Origin: an uncultured Clostridia bacterium
GTDB taxonomy: Bacteria > Bacillota > Clostridia > Oscillospirales > Ruminococcaceae
Direction: 5' to 3'
DNA length: 40,000 nucleotides
NCBI GenBank assembly: GCA_947589215.1
Contig: CANQCL010000009.1
Span: 13,303 to 53,302 of the forward strand
The notes beneath the pieces were generated by a model. That model did not search any database. It worked only from the letters and a program-made list of their open reading frames with translations, and was not told where the DNA came from. This document shows positions 1-10,204 of the stretch, piece by piece; position 1 is the stretch's first letter; each line of letters opens with the position of its first letter. The translations under genes and the position numbers were made by a program.

Positions 1-1566
1 CTCAGACTTTCTGCTTTGCATTTCCTCATCGCTTATCTCAACATTTATCTTGTTAGCAGGAATATCAATAGAAATAATATCTCCTTCTTTAACAAGCGCA
101 ATAGGTCCTCCTACCGCAGCTTCGGGAGAAACGTGTCCGATTGCAGCACCCCTTGTAGCTCCTGAAAATCTGCCGTCGGTGATAAGCGCAACGCTCTCGC
201 CTAGACCCATTCCCATAATAGCAGAAGTAGGATTGAGCATCTCTCTCATTCCCGGTCCGCCCTTTGGTCCTTCATAACGAATAACAACAACGTCGCCCGG
301 ATTTATCTTTCCGCCCAGAATTGCATTCATTGCGTCCTCCTCACAGTCAAACACCCTTGCAGGACCTGAATGTGAAAGCATCTCAGGCGCAACTGCCGAG
401 CGCTTTACAACACAGCTGTCCGGAGCTAAATTTCCTCTCAAAACAGCAATTCCACCCGTTTTGGAATAAGGATCATCAATATCCCTAATAACATTGGTAT
501 TCTTATTTTTGCAGTCCTTTATATTCTCTCCCACTGTTTTTCCTGTGCAGGTAATGCAGTCGGTGTTAAGAAGATTTTTCTTTGAAAGCTCGTTCATAAG
601 CGCATATACTCCGCCTGCTTCGTTAAGCTGCTCCATATAGGTGTTTCCGGCAGGTGCAAGGTGACAAAGGTTAGGCGTTCTGTCGCTGATTTCATTTGCT
701 ATATCTAAATTTAACTCTATTCCGCACTCGTGTGCAATAGCCGGAAGGTGAAGCATTGAGTTTGTTGAACAGCCCAAAGCCATATCGCAGGCAAGAGCAT
801 TCATAAATGCCTTTTCAGTCATTATATCTCTAGGCTTTATATCCTTTTTCAAAAGCTCCATGATCTGCATACCTGCGTGCTTTGCAAGCTCTATTCTCTC
901 TGAATATACAGCAGGAATAGTTCCGTTGCCTTTAAGTCCCATTCCAAGAACCTCTGTAAGGCAGTTCATTGAATTTGCCGTATACATTCCCGAACAAGAA
1001 CCGCAGGTAGGACAGCCGTGTTTTTCATATTCGTCAAGCTTTTCAGCGCCTATCTTGCCTGCGTTAAATTCGCCGACCGCTTCTGAAATACTTGAAAAGC
1101 TAGTCATCTTTCCATCAACGTGTCCTGCGAGCATCGGACCTCCCGAAACAAATATCGTAGGTATATTGACCCTTGCCGCCGCCATTAAAAGTCCCGGTAC
1201 GTTCTTGTCGCAGTTTGGAACCATAACAAGCGCATCAAATGCGTGGGCTATCGCCATAGCCTCAGTTGAATCGGCAATAAGGTCACGGGTAACAAGACTG
1301 TACTTCATTCCCTGATGTCCCATAGCGATTCCGTCGCAAACGGCTATCGCAGGGAAAACAATAGGAGTTCCTCCTGCCATTGCGACCCCAAGCTTTACGG
1401 CATCTACTATTTTATCAATATTCATATGACCAGGTACTATCTCGTTATATGACGATACAATACCAACCAACGGTCTTGAAATCTCCTCTCTTGTCAGTCC
1501 CAGTGCATGATATAACGCGCGGTGCGGAGCGTTATTTGCTCCTTCTTTTATGTTGTTGCTTATCAT
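1..1566 (-). CDS. ilvD: Dihydroxy-acid dehydratase, partial (C-terminus runs off window)
   Basis: Reverse-strand translation from ATG (CAT at 1564-1566): [91 protein letters not shown]; typical IlvD/Edd N-terminus. Absent from the ORF track because it is open at the window edge. Confidence 0.95.
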   Translation of the reverse strand, partial: MISNNIKEGANNAPHRALYHALGLTREEISRPLVGIVSSYNEIVPGHMNIDKIVDAVKLGVAMAGGTPIVFPAIAVCDGIAMGHQGMKYSLVTRDLIADSTEAMAIAHAFDALVMVPNCDKNVPGLLMAAARVNIPTIFVSGGPMLAGHVDGKMTSFSSISEAVGEFNAGKIGAEKLDEYEKHGCPTCGSCSGMYTANSMNCLTEVLGMGLKGNGTIPAVYSERIELAKHAGMQIMELLKKDIKPRDIMTEKAFMNALACDMALGCSTNSMLHLPAIAHECGIELNLDIANEISDRTPNLCHLAPAGNTYMEQLNEAGGVYALMNELSKKNLLNTDCITCTGKTVGENIKDCKNKNTNVIRDIDDPYSKTGGIAVLRGNLAPDSCVVKRSAVAPEMLSHSGPARVFDCEEDAMNAILGGKINPGDVVVIRYEGPKGGPGMREMLNPTSAIMGMGLGESVALITDGRFSGATRGAAIGHVSPEAAVGGPIALVKEGDIISIDIPANKINVEISDEEMQSRKSE

Positions 1567-2086
1567 ACTTCTTTTTCTCCTTATCATTAAATTTATTTAT
1601 TTCTTTTATAATGTTCTTTACAACTGTGTAAACAGGTACTCCGCCGCTTACGGTAATTACACTGTTTCTTATGTAAAGTCTTTTTCTTTTGTCAAAAAGC
1701 CTTTTTAAATCCTCTCTTTTTGAATTATAAGCCAGCGGTCTGTTTTTATCTCCCTTTATACGATTATAGCATACTGAAAACTTTGTATCAATAAAAACAG
1801 GTATTCCAAACTTCTTGGCGGCACGTCCGTTTTCCTCACGCAAAAGCGCTCCGCCGCCTGTGGCTATTACACCTTTTTCATTTCCTAACTTCTTTATCGT
1901 TTCTGTTTCCAGATTTCTGAAATACTCTTCGCCTTCGGCTTCAAATATTTCGCTTATGCTTCTGCCCTCTTGTTTTTCGATATAGTCGTCCATATCAATA
2001 AAACTGCACTTTAAAGCGCAAGCTAGTCTTTTTCCCACAGTTGATTTTCCGCAGCCCATAAAGCCGCAGAGAAATATTGGTTTCAT
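1532..2086 (-). CDS. aroK: Shikimate kinase; start probably at [16 protein letters not shown]
   Basis: P-loop [22 protein letters not shown] and GGGALL motifs; 3' end overlaps the ilvD start. Confidence 0.93.
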   Translation of the reverse strand: MKPIFLCGFMGCGKSTVGKRLACALKCSFIDMDDYIEKQEGRSISEIFEAEGEEYFRNLETETIKKLGNEKGVIATGGGALLREENGRAAKKFGIPVFIDTKFSVCYNRIKGDKNRPLAYNSKREDLKRLFDKRKRLYIRNSVITVSGGVPVYTVVKNIIKEINKFNDKEKKKYDKQQHKRRSK

Positions 2087-2142
2087 AATCTTTAAATACA
2101 CTCCATTAAGGAGTATTACCTCCTGACATTTTCATAGTAAAA

Positions 2143-2991
2143 CTACTTAAAATCTCTCTTTACAATTTCATTCATCTCATCTATTATGCCGTTCACTTCA
2201 TCAATAGTATACTCGTCTCTGTCCCATATCTTATGAGCCGATACCGCCTGCCATACCAGCATTGCCATTCCGCCGATTGCTTTTTTGCCCATCTCCTTTG
2301 CCTTTTTCAAAAGCAATGTCTCTTCAGGATTATACACAATATCGAAAACCGCATCGCACTTTTCAATTACTTCATCTGATACAGGACAAGCGTCAACCTT
2401 TGGATACATACCCACAGGGCAGGCGTTTACAAGCAAATCATACTGCTTGTTTGTATCGATTTTAGTGTTCAAAACTATATTTACCTTTGCGTCAGACTTA
2501 ATAGCCTTTATCTCCTTTTCAACCTGAATTGCAAGCGGCATATCAGATTCCAATACGGCAATATTCAAACTAGCTCCTGCCAGTGCCGACTCAATAGCTA
2601 TCATTCTTCCTGCTCCGCCGCAGCCGATAAGCAAGACCTCTCCCGATAGCTTTGCGCCCATTGAACGCACCGTCTCTAAAAAACCGTCGCAATCGGTGTT
2701 GTAGCCTGTTGTTATGCCGTTTTTATTGTCAACACAGTTTACCGAATTATATCTCTTTGCCGACTCGTCCAGCCTGTCAATTTGATCTATGATCGCTACT
2801 TTGTGAGGTATAGTAATATTGTAGCCAGCCATAGAATTAAGCTCGTCTGCGCTTGACTTCAAATCCTGCGGACTTATCTCTCTTACCTCATACTCAAACT
2901 CACGGTTTCTAAGCTCAAACAGCCTTTTGTGAATTGGCGGAGACATTGTATGCTTTAATGTCTCTCCTAAAATACAGTATTTGCGTTCCAT
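2143..2991 (-). CDS. aroE: Shikimate dehydrogenase
   Basis: LGETLKHTMSPPIHKRLF, YNITIPHK, LIGCGGAGRM and PVGMYP motifs. Confidence 0.93.
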   Translation of the reverse strand: MERKYCILGETLKHTMSPPIHKRLFELRNREFEYEVREISPQDLKSSADELNSMAGYNITIPHKVAIIDQIDRLDESAKRYNSVNCVDNKNGITTGYNTDCDGFLETVRSMGAKLSGEVLLIGCGGAGRMIAIESALAGASLNIAVLESDMPLAIQVEKEIKAIKSDAKVNIVLNTKIDTNKQYDLLVNACPVGMYPKVDACPVSDEVIEKCDAVFDIVYNPEETLLLKKAKEMGKKAIGGMAMLVWQAVSAHKIWDRDEYTIDEVNGIIDEMNEIVKRDFK

Positions 2992-3019
2992 TTCTATGTA
3001 TTAGTCCTTTCGTATGTAA

Positions 3020-3502
3020 TCACAGTTTAATCTCGACAGTTCTTGAAGTGGGAGAATACTCTTTATACCTTACTCCTGCCATATCAAACATTCGTTTAGA
3101 GGCTATCACTTCTTCAGTATTAGAGTATTTATCCTCCATATAAATGACCTCTTTTATTCCGCTTTGAATTATAGCCTTTGCACATTCATTGCACGGGAAA
3201 AGCGACACATATATTTTAGAGTTCTTAACCGAACCTGTAGAGCTGTTTAAAATCGCATTCAGCTCTGCGTGGCACACAAACGGATACTTAGTATCAAGAG
3301 TGCTCTCGCCCTCTCTAGCCCAAGGCATTTCATCATCATTACAGCCTGTGGGCATTCCGTTATAGCCTACCGAAAGTATCTTGTTTTCATTTGACACTAT
3401 ACACGCTCCCACCTGTGTGTTTGAATCCTTTGAGCGCTGTGCCGAAAACAAGGCTATACCCATAAAATACTCGTCCCACGAAATATAATCGGTTCTTTTC
3501 AT
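3020..3502 (-). CDS. comEB: Deoxycytidylate deaminase family (ComEB-like)
   Basis: Zinc-deaminase motifs CHAELNAI and PCNECAKAI; [14 protein letters not shown]. Confidence 0.9.
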   Translation of the reverse strand: MKRTDYISWDEYFMGIALFSAQRSKDSNTQVGACIVSNENKILSVGYNGMPTGCNDDEMPWAREGESTLDTKYPFVCHAELNAILNSSTGSVKNSKIYVSLFPCNECAKAIIQSGIKEVIYMEDKYSNTEEVIASKRMFDMAGVRYKEYSPTSRTVEIKL

Positions 3503-3514
3503 ATTCTTTCACTC

Positions 3515-3649
3515 CTATTGCGGCTTTAACTTTTCACCGTCTAACTCTTCATCATCAAAAGTTTCCTCAATCTCAAGCCCAAGCTCCTCAAAAAGCCTGT
3601 CGAATTCAGCTTCCGATTCTATTTTATCTTTCGTATTAAAAAGTCCCAT
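3515..3649 (-). CDS. Small acidic hypothetical protein (44 aa)
   Basis: Manual translation MGLFNTKDKIESEAEFDRLFEELGLEIEETFDDEELDGEKLKPQ*; fills the gap between two same-strand genes. Not in the ORF track (short). Confidence 0.5.
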   Translation of the reverse strand: MGLFNTKDKIESEAEFDRLFEELGLEIEETFDDEELDGEKLKPQ

Positions 3650-3690
3650 AACAGCCTTGCTCCTTACACTTATTAGACTTATTAGAATTT

Positions 3691-4656
3691 CTATTTCTGA
3701 TTTTCCTTAGCAAGCCCCAAGAAAGCCGCACCTATTAAACCTGCGTTATTGCCAAGCTTCGCTATAACTATCTCGGTATTCTTAGGTGAGTTTCTTGTGT
3801 AAACTTCCCTCTCCACAATCTCCTTCATAGGCACAAGCAACGGATCTCCCTCGTTACAGACGCCGCCGCCGATACACAGTATATCAGGCTGAAAAATGTT
3901 GATTGTATTTGTAATTCCTGCCGCAAGATACTTTATATATTTATCCACGACGTCTTTTGCCGTCTTATCGCCCTTTCTCATAGCCTCAAACGCAAGCCTT
4001 GCACTTACCTTGCCGTACTCCTCTGCCATTTTGTGCATTATGCTGTCGGTGTTTCTGTCCATAGCCTCTTTGGTCATTCTAACAAGACCCGTCGCCGATG
4101 AGAAAACCTCGAAACAGCCCTTTCTTCCGCAGGTACACTGAGGTCCGTCTACATCTATGACCATATGACCTATTTCTGCTCCTGCATAATTAAATCCCGA
4201 ATATATCTTTCCGTCAATAATTATTCCTCCACCAACTCCTGTTCCAAGAGTTATGCATACAGCGTCTCTAGCTCCCTTTGCTGCACCTGCAACATACTCA
4301 CCATATGCTGCGGCGTTAGCATCGTTTTCTATATATACAGGCAGATTTAACTTCTGCCTGAACATCTTCTCCATCTCAACATTTTCAAAACCCAAATTGC
4401 ACGAATACTCTATTACTCCGCTGTCTGAATTTGCAATTCCCGGAGTTCCTATTCCGATGCTTTCAATATCATCTATGCTAAGCCCTGCTGACTCTATAGC
4501 TCCTTTGGTTACCGATATCATATCGTCACATATCTCCCTCGCAGGACGAGGAAGGTTGGTCTTTGTCTTAGCTTTAGATACGATTTCAAAATCCTCATTT
4601 ATTACACCGGCGGCTATATTCGTTCCGCCGAGATCTATTCCAACATAATACTTCAT
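3691..4656 (-). CDS. ROK-family glucokinase
   Basis: YYVGIDLGGTNIAAG, ENDANAAAYGEY and zinc motif CTCGRKGCFE. Confidence 0.9.
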   Translation of the reverse strand: MKYYVGIDLGGTNIAAGVINEDFEIVSKAKTKTNLPRPAREICDDMISVTKGAIESAGLSIDDIESIGIGTPGIANSDSGVIEYSCNLGFENVEMEKMFRQKLNLPVYIENDANAAAYGEYVAGAAKGARDAVCITLGTGVGGGIIIDGKIYSGFNYAGAEIGHMVIDVDGPQCTCGRKGCFEVFSSATGLVRMTKEAMDRNTDSIMHKMAEEYGKVSARLAFEAMRKGDKTAKDVVDKYIKYLAAGITNTINIFQPDILCIGGGVCNEGDPLLVPMKEIVEREVYTRNSPKNTEIVIAKLGNNAGLIGAAFLGLAKENQK

Positions 4657-4754
4657 CTATTTAATTCTCCCGAACATCTATAATCATACTTATACATAGT
4701 GTATAATATCATATTATACCATTAAAGTCAAATTAAATACGGTTTAATCGTCTT

Positions 4755-5090
4755 TCATCTTTTCGGTATGTAAACGGTCAGTCTTTTATTATTCTGTATG
4801 CAAAAATCTATGACATACTTTGTACCGCGCGATTGCCCGTCCCAAAAAGCAATTACTTTATCACTGTAATCTACAATCAGATTATTGCGGATAAGCGGTG
4901 CTTTTCTTCCGTATTTTTTATATTCAGGCAGAAATTCCGTCAGTATCAGCTTGTTGTGAAATGCGTATTCCCTTGCACAGGTGTCAACTCCTTTTGCCCC
5001 TCCAGATACAATTTCCGTTGTATTTTCCGGCAGATATTTTTTTAAATCTTTTACTCTTATACTTCTTGAACCTATTACTGCAACTTTCAT
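4755..5090 (-). CDS. Small SLOG-superfamily (DUF2493/YpsA-like) Rossmannoid protein
   Basis: MKVAVIGSRSI...IVSGGAKGVDTCAREYA...PLIRNNLIVDYSDKVIAFWDGQSRGTKYVIDFC; the ORF in the track extends to 5108. Confidence 0.8.
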   Translation of the reverse strand: MKVAVIGSRSIRVKDLKKYLPENTTEIVSGGAKGVDTCAREYAFHNKLILTEFLPEYKKYGRKAPLIRNNLIVDYSDKVIAFWDGQSRGTKYVIDFCIQNNKRLTVYIPKR

Positions 5091-5202
5091 TTTAAAGTCT
5101 CCTAACACTAAAAATCATATGTAAGCTATGCATAGACTATAATAGTATCACACATAGCCTATAATTGCAAATTTTTTTGTATATCATAATTAATAATAAA
5201 TA

Positions 5203-5463
5203 ATGAATGGAGTATTAATTATGGATACGATTACAGCGGTAAAAAACAGAATTTTTCAGCTTTGTGATAAGCATAATATTTCAATTAACAAACTGGCTAA
5301 CATATGTGCTTTGCCTCCGTCATCTGTTAAGAATATTCTATATGGAAAAAGTCAAAATCCAAAGCTGCTTACGATTAAAATGATTTGCGATGGACTTGGT
5401 ATAACCCTATCAGAATTTTTCAATACTGATGATTTTAATAATTTAGAGCAAGAAATTAAATAG
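5203..5463 (+). CDS. XRE-family helix-turn-helix regulator
   Basis: VKNRIFQLCDKHNISINKLANICALPPSSVKNILYGKSQNPKLLTIKMICDGLGITLSEFF, a canonical XRE HTH. Confidence 0.85.
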   Translation: MNGVLIMDTITAVKNRIFQLCDKHNISINKLANICALPPSSVKNILYGKSQNPKLLTIKMICDGLGITLSEFFNTDDFNNLEQEIK

Positions 5464-5600
5464 ATAATTTTATAATTTTAACGTGTTTCTTTTTTAATAA
5501 AATTCAAGAGTTATTACAACTCTGTTTTAACTCTAATTATACATATAACTCCATAAAAAGTCTATAATAAATTTAAAATAAAATTATTAAGGAGTTATTT

Positions 5601-5780
5601 ATGAAAAAGGAAAGACATTTTGGATTAAGAATTGATGATGAATTACTAAGAAAATTTCATTATGTGTGTGACTACAACGGTCGCTCAGCTAACGGACAAA
5701 TTTTATATCTAATTAGAAAATGTGTTAAAGAATTTGAAAATGCTGAGGGTGAAATAAAGGTTGAGCTTGAAAACAGATAA
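5601..5780 (+). CDS. Small Arc/ribbon-helix-helix-like protein (59 aa)
   Basis: Manual translation MKKERHFGLRIDDELLRKFHYVCDYNGRSANGQILYLIRKCVKEFENAEGEIKVELENR*; RBS-like aaggag upstream. Confidence 0.65.
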   Translation: MKKERHFGLRIDDELLRKFHYVCDYNGRSANGQILYLIRKCVKEFENAEGEIKVELENR

Positions 5781-5880
5781 TATAAGTACAACTTATACAA
5801 ATTATCAAAAATATATATTTTACTTATACAAGAATATGTGATATACTATACTGTAAGAATTAATAAAGGAGATTGTTTTA

Positions 5881-7142
5881 TGGGTATGACTATGACTCAA
5901 AAGGTGCTTGCCGCACACGCTGGTTTGGATAGCGTAAAGGCAGGAGACCTGATTATGGCAAATTTGGATATGGTACTCGGAAACGATATCACCTCTCCTG
6001 TTGCCATAAACGAATTTAACAAAGCCGGCTTTGACAGTGTTTTTGACGGAAGTAAAATCTCTATGGTTATGGATCATTTTGCTCCGAACAAGGATATTAA
6101 AGCTGCAACTCAGTGCAAGCAGTGCAGAGATTTCTGCGGAGAGCTTGGAGTTAAGAACTTCTTTGACGTTGGAGATATGGGCGTTGAGCACGCTATACTT
6201 CCCGAAAAAGGACTCGTAGCGCCCGGCGACTTGGTTATCGGCGCTGATTCTCACACTTGTACATACGGTGCGTTGGGTGCGTTCTCAACAGGAGTTGGCT
6301 CAACAGATATGGCTGCCGGAATGGCTACAGGCAAGGCTTGGTTTAAAGTACCTCCTGCTCTAAAGTTTAATATTACAGGAAAGCTAAACAAGTGGGTTTC
6401 GGGCAAGGACGTTATTTTGCACATTATCGGTATGATAGGCGTAGACGGCGCATTGTACAAGTCAATGGAGTTCTCGGGCGAGGGACTTAAAAACCTCACT
6501 ATGGAGGACAGACTTTGTATGGCTAATATGGCTATCGAAGCAGGCGCAAAAAACGGAATCTTTGCAGTTGACGAGGTTACGCTTGATTTTGTCAAGGATA
6601 AGGTTTCAAAGGAATTCAAGGTGTATGAGGCTGATGCAGACGCCGAATATGAAAAGGTTTATGATATTGACCTTTCACAAATAAAGCCTACTGTATCTTT
6701 TCCGCATTTACCGGAAAACGCTAAAACCTTCGACGAGTTCGGCGATATAAAGATAGATCAAGTGGTTATCGGCTCATGTACAAACGGAAGAATCGAAGAC
6801 CTACGTGCCGCTGCTGAAATTCTCAAAGGCAAAACGGTCGCAGACGGCGTAAGATGTATAGTAATCCCTGCAACTCAGAAGATTTATCTTCAAGCAATGG
6901 AAGAGGGACTTTTGAAAATATTTATCGACGCAAGATGCGCGGTTTCAACACCTACCTGCGGTCCGTGTCTGGGAGGACATATGGGCATTCTTGCAAAGGG
7001 TGAAAGAGCCGTTGCTACAACAAACAGAAACTTTGTCGGAAGAATGGGACATCCTGAAAGTGAAGTTTATCTAGCTTCACCTGCTGTTGCTGCGGCATCG
7101 GCAGTTACAGGAAAGATTTCTCAGCCAACAGAAGTAATGTAG
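5881..7142 (+). CDS. leuC: 3-isopropylmalate dehydratase large subunit
   Basis: [55 protein letters not shown]; aaggaga RBS upstream of 5881. The track ORF begins at 5838. Confidence 0.95.
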
Positions 7143-7151
7143 AAAGGTGGT

Positions 7152-7640
7152 ATGAATATGAAAGCACTAGGAAAAGTACACAAATACGGCGACAACGTAG
7201 ATACAGACGTTATCATACCTGCAAGATACTTAAACACAGCAGATCACAAAGAACTGGCCTCACACTGTATGGAGGACATAGACATCGACTTTGTAAAGAA
7301 GGTCAAGAAAGGCGATATTATGGTAGCGGAAGCTAATTTCGGCTGCGGTTCATCTCGTGAGCACGCACCAATCGCTATTAAAGAGAGCGGGATATCCTGC
7401 GTTATTGCAAAGACGTTCGCCAGAATTTTCTACCGCAATGCAATCAATATCGGACTTCCTATTATTGAGTGTCCCGAAGCTGCTGAAAACATCAGCGACG
7501 GTGACGAGGTAGAAATTGATTTTGACAGCGGTATAATTACCAACAAAACTAAAGGTGAAAGCTATCAAGGACAGCCTTTCCCTGAGTTTATAAAAAACAT
7601 TATAAATAAGAACGGTCTTTTAAATTCACTAAAAGGCTAG
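7152..7640 (+). CDS. leuD: 3-isopropylmalate dehydratase small subunit
   Basis: [15 protein letters not shown] and [13 protein letters not shown] motifs. Confidence 0.95.
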   Translation: MNMKALGKVHKYGDNVDTDVIIPARYLNTADHKELASHCMEDIDIDFVKKVKKGDIMVAEANFGCGSSREHAPIAIKESGISCVIAKTFARIFYRNAINIGLPIIECPEAAENISDGDEVEIDFDSGIITNKTKGESYQGQPFPEFIKNIINKNGLLNSLKG

Positions 7641-7653
7641 TGGAGGTATTATT

Positions 7654-7968
7654 ATGATTATTTTAACAATCGACAGTATACCCGGAAAAGAAATTGAAGC
7701 GTTAGGTCTTGTTAAAGGAAGCACAGTTCAGTCAAAGAATATGTTCAAGGATATGGGACAGGGCTTTAAGAGCATGGTCGGCGGAGAGCTTAAAAGCTAC
7801 ACCAAGATGATGAACGAGTCAAGAGAGATAGCTACAAAAAGAATGATCGAAGAAGCTCAAAGCATGGGCGCTGACGCAATAATCGGAGTAAGATTTGCAA
7901 CTTCATCAGTATTACAGGGTGCGTCTGAAATTATGGCATTCGGCACTGCTGTAAAAATCAAAGGTTAA
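7654..7968 (+). CDS. YbjQ/UPF0145-like protein
   Basis: Short protein with [10 protein letters not shown] and [12 protein letters not shown]...GTAVKI, typical of the YbjQ family. Confidence 0.75.
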   Translation: MIILTIDSIPGKEIEALGLVKGSTVQSKNMFKDMGQGFKSMVGGELKSYTKMMNESREIATKRMIEEAQSMGADAIIGVRFATSSVLQGASEIMAFGTAVKIKG

Positions 7969-7984
7969 TCGAGGAGACTTAAAT

Positions 7985-9058
7985 ATGAATAAGAAAATCG
8001 CAGTAATCAAGGGAGACGGAATAGGTCCTGAAATTGTCAATGAAGCTGAAAAGGTATTAAACAAGGTTGGAGAAAAGTATGGTCACACATTTGAGTATAC
8101 AGATGTTTTAATGGGCGGCTGTGCTATTGACGCAACAGGCGTTCCCCTGCCACAGGAAACAATAGATATATGTCTTGCATCAGACAGCGTTTTATTAGGC
8201 GCTGTGGGCGGTCCGAAATGGGACACACTTCCGGGAAATCTTCGTCCTGAAGCAGGACTGCTCGGCATTAGAGGTGCAATGAAGCTGTTTGCAAACATTC
8301 GTCCTGCTAAATTAATACCTGCTCTTGCAGGGGCTTGCCCGCTCAAAGACGAGATAACCAAAAACGGTCTTGATCTTGTTATAGTTCGTGAACTTATCGG
8401 CGGAGCATATTTCGGTGAGCGTGACACTCACGTTGACGAAAACGGCGTAAAGCACGCAAGCGATTCAATGGCTTATGCCGACTACGAAGTTGAGAGAATC
8501 TGTCGTGTGGCATTTGATATGGCAAGAAAAAGAGGCAAAAAGGTCCACTCGGTCGACAAAGCAAACGTACTTGATTCATCACGTTTATGGAGAGAGGTTG
8601 CACACAAGGTAGCAGAGGAATATCCGGACGTTGAGTTTCAAGACATTTTAGTCGACAACACAGCTATGCAGCTTGTACACAATCCCGCCCAGTTTGACGT
8701 AATGGTAACCGAGAACCTGTTCGGAGACATTCTTTCAGATGAGGCTTCAATGATCACAGGCTCGCTGGGTATGATACCATCAGCGTCACTTGGCGAAGGC
8801 TCACTGGGACTTTACGAGCCTATTCACGGTTCTGCGCCTGATATTGCAGGGCAAAACAAGGCTAATCCTCTTGCTACAATTCTCTCTGTAGCAATGATGC
8901 TCCGCTACTCATTTGATATGAGCAAAGAAGCTGACTCTATAGAGGATGCAGTTGACAAGGTTCTGGCAGACGGCTACCGCACAGGCGACATTATGTCTGA
9001 GGGTATGAAGTGCGTTTCGTGCAGTGAGATGGGAGATTTAGTGGCTGACAGAATATAA
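7985..9058 (+). CDS. leuB: 3-isopropylmalate dehydrogenase
   Basis: [72 protein letters not shown]. Confidence 0.96.
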   Translation: MNKKIAVIKGDGIGPEIVNEAEKVLNKVGEKYGHTFEYTDVLMGGCAIDATGVPLPQETIDICLASDSVLLGAVGGPKWDTLPGNLRPEAGLLGIRGAMKLFANIRPAKLIPALAGACPLKDEITKNGLDLVIVRELIGGAYFGERDTHVDENGVKHASDSMAYADYEVERICRVAFDMARKRGKKVHSVDKANVLDSSRLWREVAHKVAEEYPDVEFQDILVDNTAMQLVHNPAQFDVMVTENLFGDILSDEASMITGSLGMIPSASLGEGSLGLYEPIHGSAPDIAGQNKANPLATILSVAMMLRYSFDMSKEADSIEDAVDKVLADGYRTGDIMSEGMKCVSCSEMGDLVADRI

Positions 9059-9098
9059 ATACAACTCTAAAATCTACAAATATAGAAAACGGCAAGGA

Positions 9099-9749
9099 CT
9101 AATCATTTGTCCCTGCCGTTTTTTTATTTCTTTCACGCTCTGCTTTTGAATATACACATCCGCAGTAATCCTGACGATACAGATTATATTTTCTTGAAAG
9201 CTCAATAGAACGCTTATATCCATTTTTCTTTTTAAAGTCGCTTGGAAGCCATTTAACTCCTCCGTACTCCCCTGCCAGACGCTCGCCTATTTCATTTAGC
9301 TTTTCTGCGTTTTTATAAGGGCTTATTGAAAGAGTCGTTGTGAAATATTCAAACCCGTTTTTCTTAGCATATTCTATAGCTTTTCGCAGCCTTATTTCAT
9401 AGCATTTAAAACATCGCTCGCCGCCCTCAGGGATATCCTCCATTCCCCTAACCTCATCATAAAATTCTCTGTCGTTATACTTGGGAATTTCTATATTGAT
9501 TTCTTTGTCAAGCGGCATCTCAGAAACCAGCCTTTTAAGCTCGCTTACTCGGTATTCAAACTCAGACTTTGGGCTGATATTCGGATTGTAATACAAAAGC
9601 GTAATATCAAAATACTGTGAAAGATACTCCAAAACATAACTAGAACAAGGCGCACAGCAACTGTGAATCAACAATCTTGGTTTATTACCCTTTTTACACG
9701 AACTTTCCTTTATTATGTTTTCAAGCTCTTTGCTGTAATTTCTTTTCAT
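9099..9749 (-). CDS. queH: Epoxyqueuosine reductase QueH family
   Basis: LLIHSCCAPCSSYVLEYL, YYNPNI, RCFKCYEIRL and YRQDYCGC cysteine motifs. Confidence 0.9.
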   Translation of the reverse strand: MKRNYSKELENIIKESSCKKGNKPRLLIHSCCAPCSSYVLEYLSQYFDITLLYYNPNISPKSEFEYRVSELKRLVSEMPLDKEINIEIPKYNDREFYDEVRGMEDIPEGGERCFKCYEIRLRKAIEYAKKNGFEYFTTTLSISPYKNAEKLNEIGERLAGEYGGVKWLPSDFKKKNGYKRSIELSRKYNLYRQDYCGCVYSKAERERNKKTAGTND

Positions 9750-9930
9750 TACTTTTCTCCGTAAAACAAAATAAATTCAGATATTTGAACACATTAATTA
9801 TACCCTTGTACGTTATGCTTGTCAAACATAACGATGCTTAAACTACCATAATTTATTTGCATTTTTTAGAATGATAATAAGCTCGCTCGCATATATATGT
9901 TATGAAAACGACATCGGGGAGTTGGGTATT

Positions 9931-10203
9931 ATGAATTTTTCAGGAGATACAGACCGTTCAATAATACTGGGACAATACATAGTTGATAATAAGTGTACAG
10001 TTAGAGCTTGTGCAAAGGCATTCGGGATCAGCAAAAGTACAGTGCACAAGGACGTAAGTGAAAAGCTTCAAAAGACAAAACCTCAGCTATACAAAGAGGT
10101 AAAGAAAATTCTTGACTTTAACAAAAGCGAAAGGCACATAAGAGGCGGTATGGCTACAAAGCATAAATACGAAGAACAGAAGCTAAAAAACAATTCACAG
10201 TAA
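9931..10203 (+). CDS. spoIIID: Sporulation transcriptional regulator SpoIIID; start probably at 9931
   Basis: RSIILGQYIVDNKCTVRACAKAFGISKSTVHKDVSEKL...ILDFNKSERHIRGGMATKHKY matches the SpoIIID pattern; the track ORF starts at 9871. Confidence 0.92.
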   Translation: MNFSGDTDRSIILGQYIVDNKCTVRACAKAFGISKSTVHKDVSEKLQKTKPQLYKEVKKILDFNKSERHIRGGMATKHKYEEQKLKNNSQ

Positions 10204-10204
10204 A

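Noticed and set aside
860-1315. Plus-strand ORF of 151 aa
   Set aside because: Entirely antisense to the well-supported ilvD coding sequence; composition typical of a shadow ORF.
4755-5780. SLOG protein with nearby XRE/RHH ORFs considered as a defence (Thoeris/CBASS-like) locus
   Set aside because: No TIR, nucleotidyltransferase, nuclease or membrane effector nearby; surrounding genes are housekeeping.
5781-5880. Possible T-box or leucine attenuator upstream of leuC
   Set aside because: The leader is short and AT-rich with no T-box motif, no Leu-codon leader peptide and no antiterminator/terminator pair recognised.
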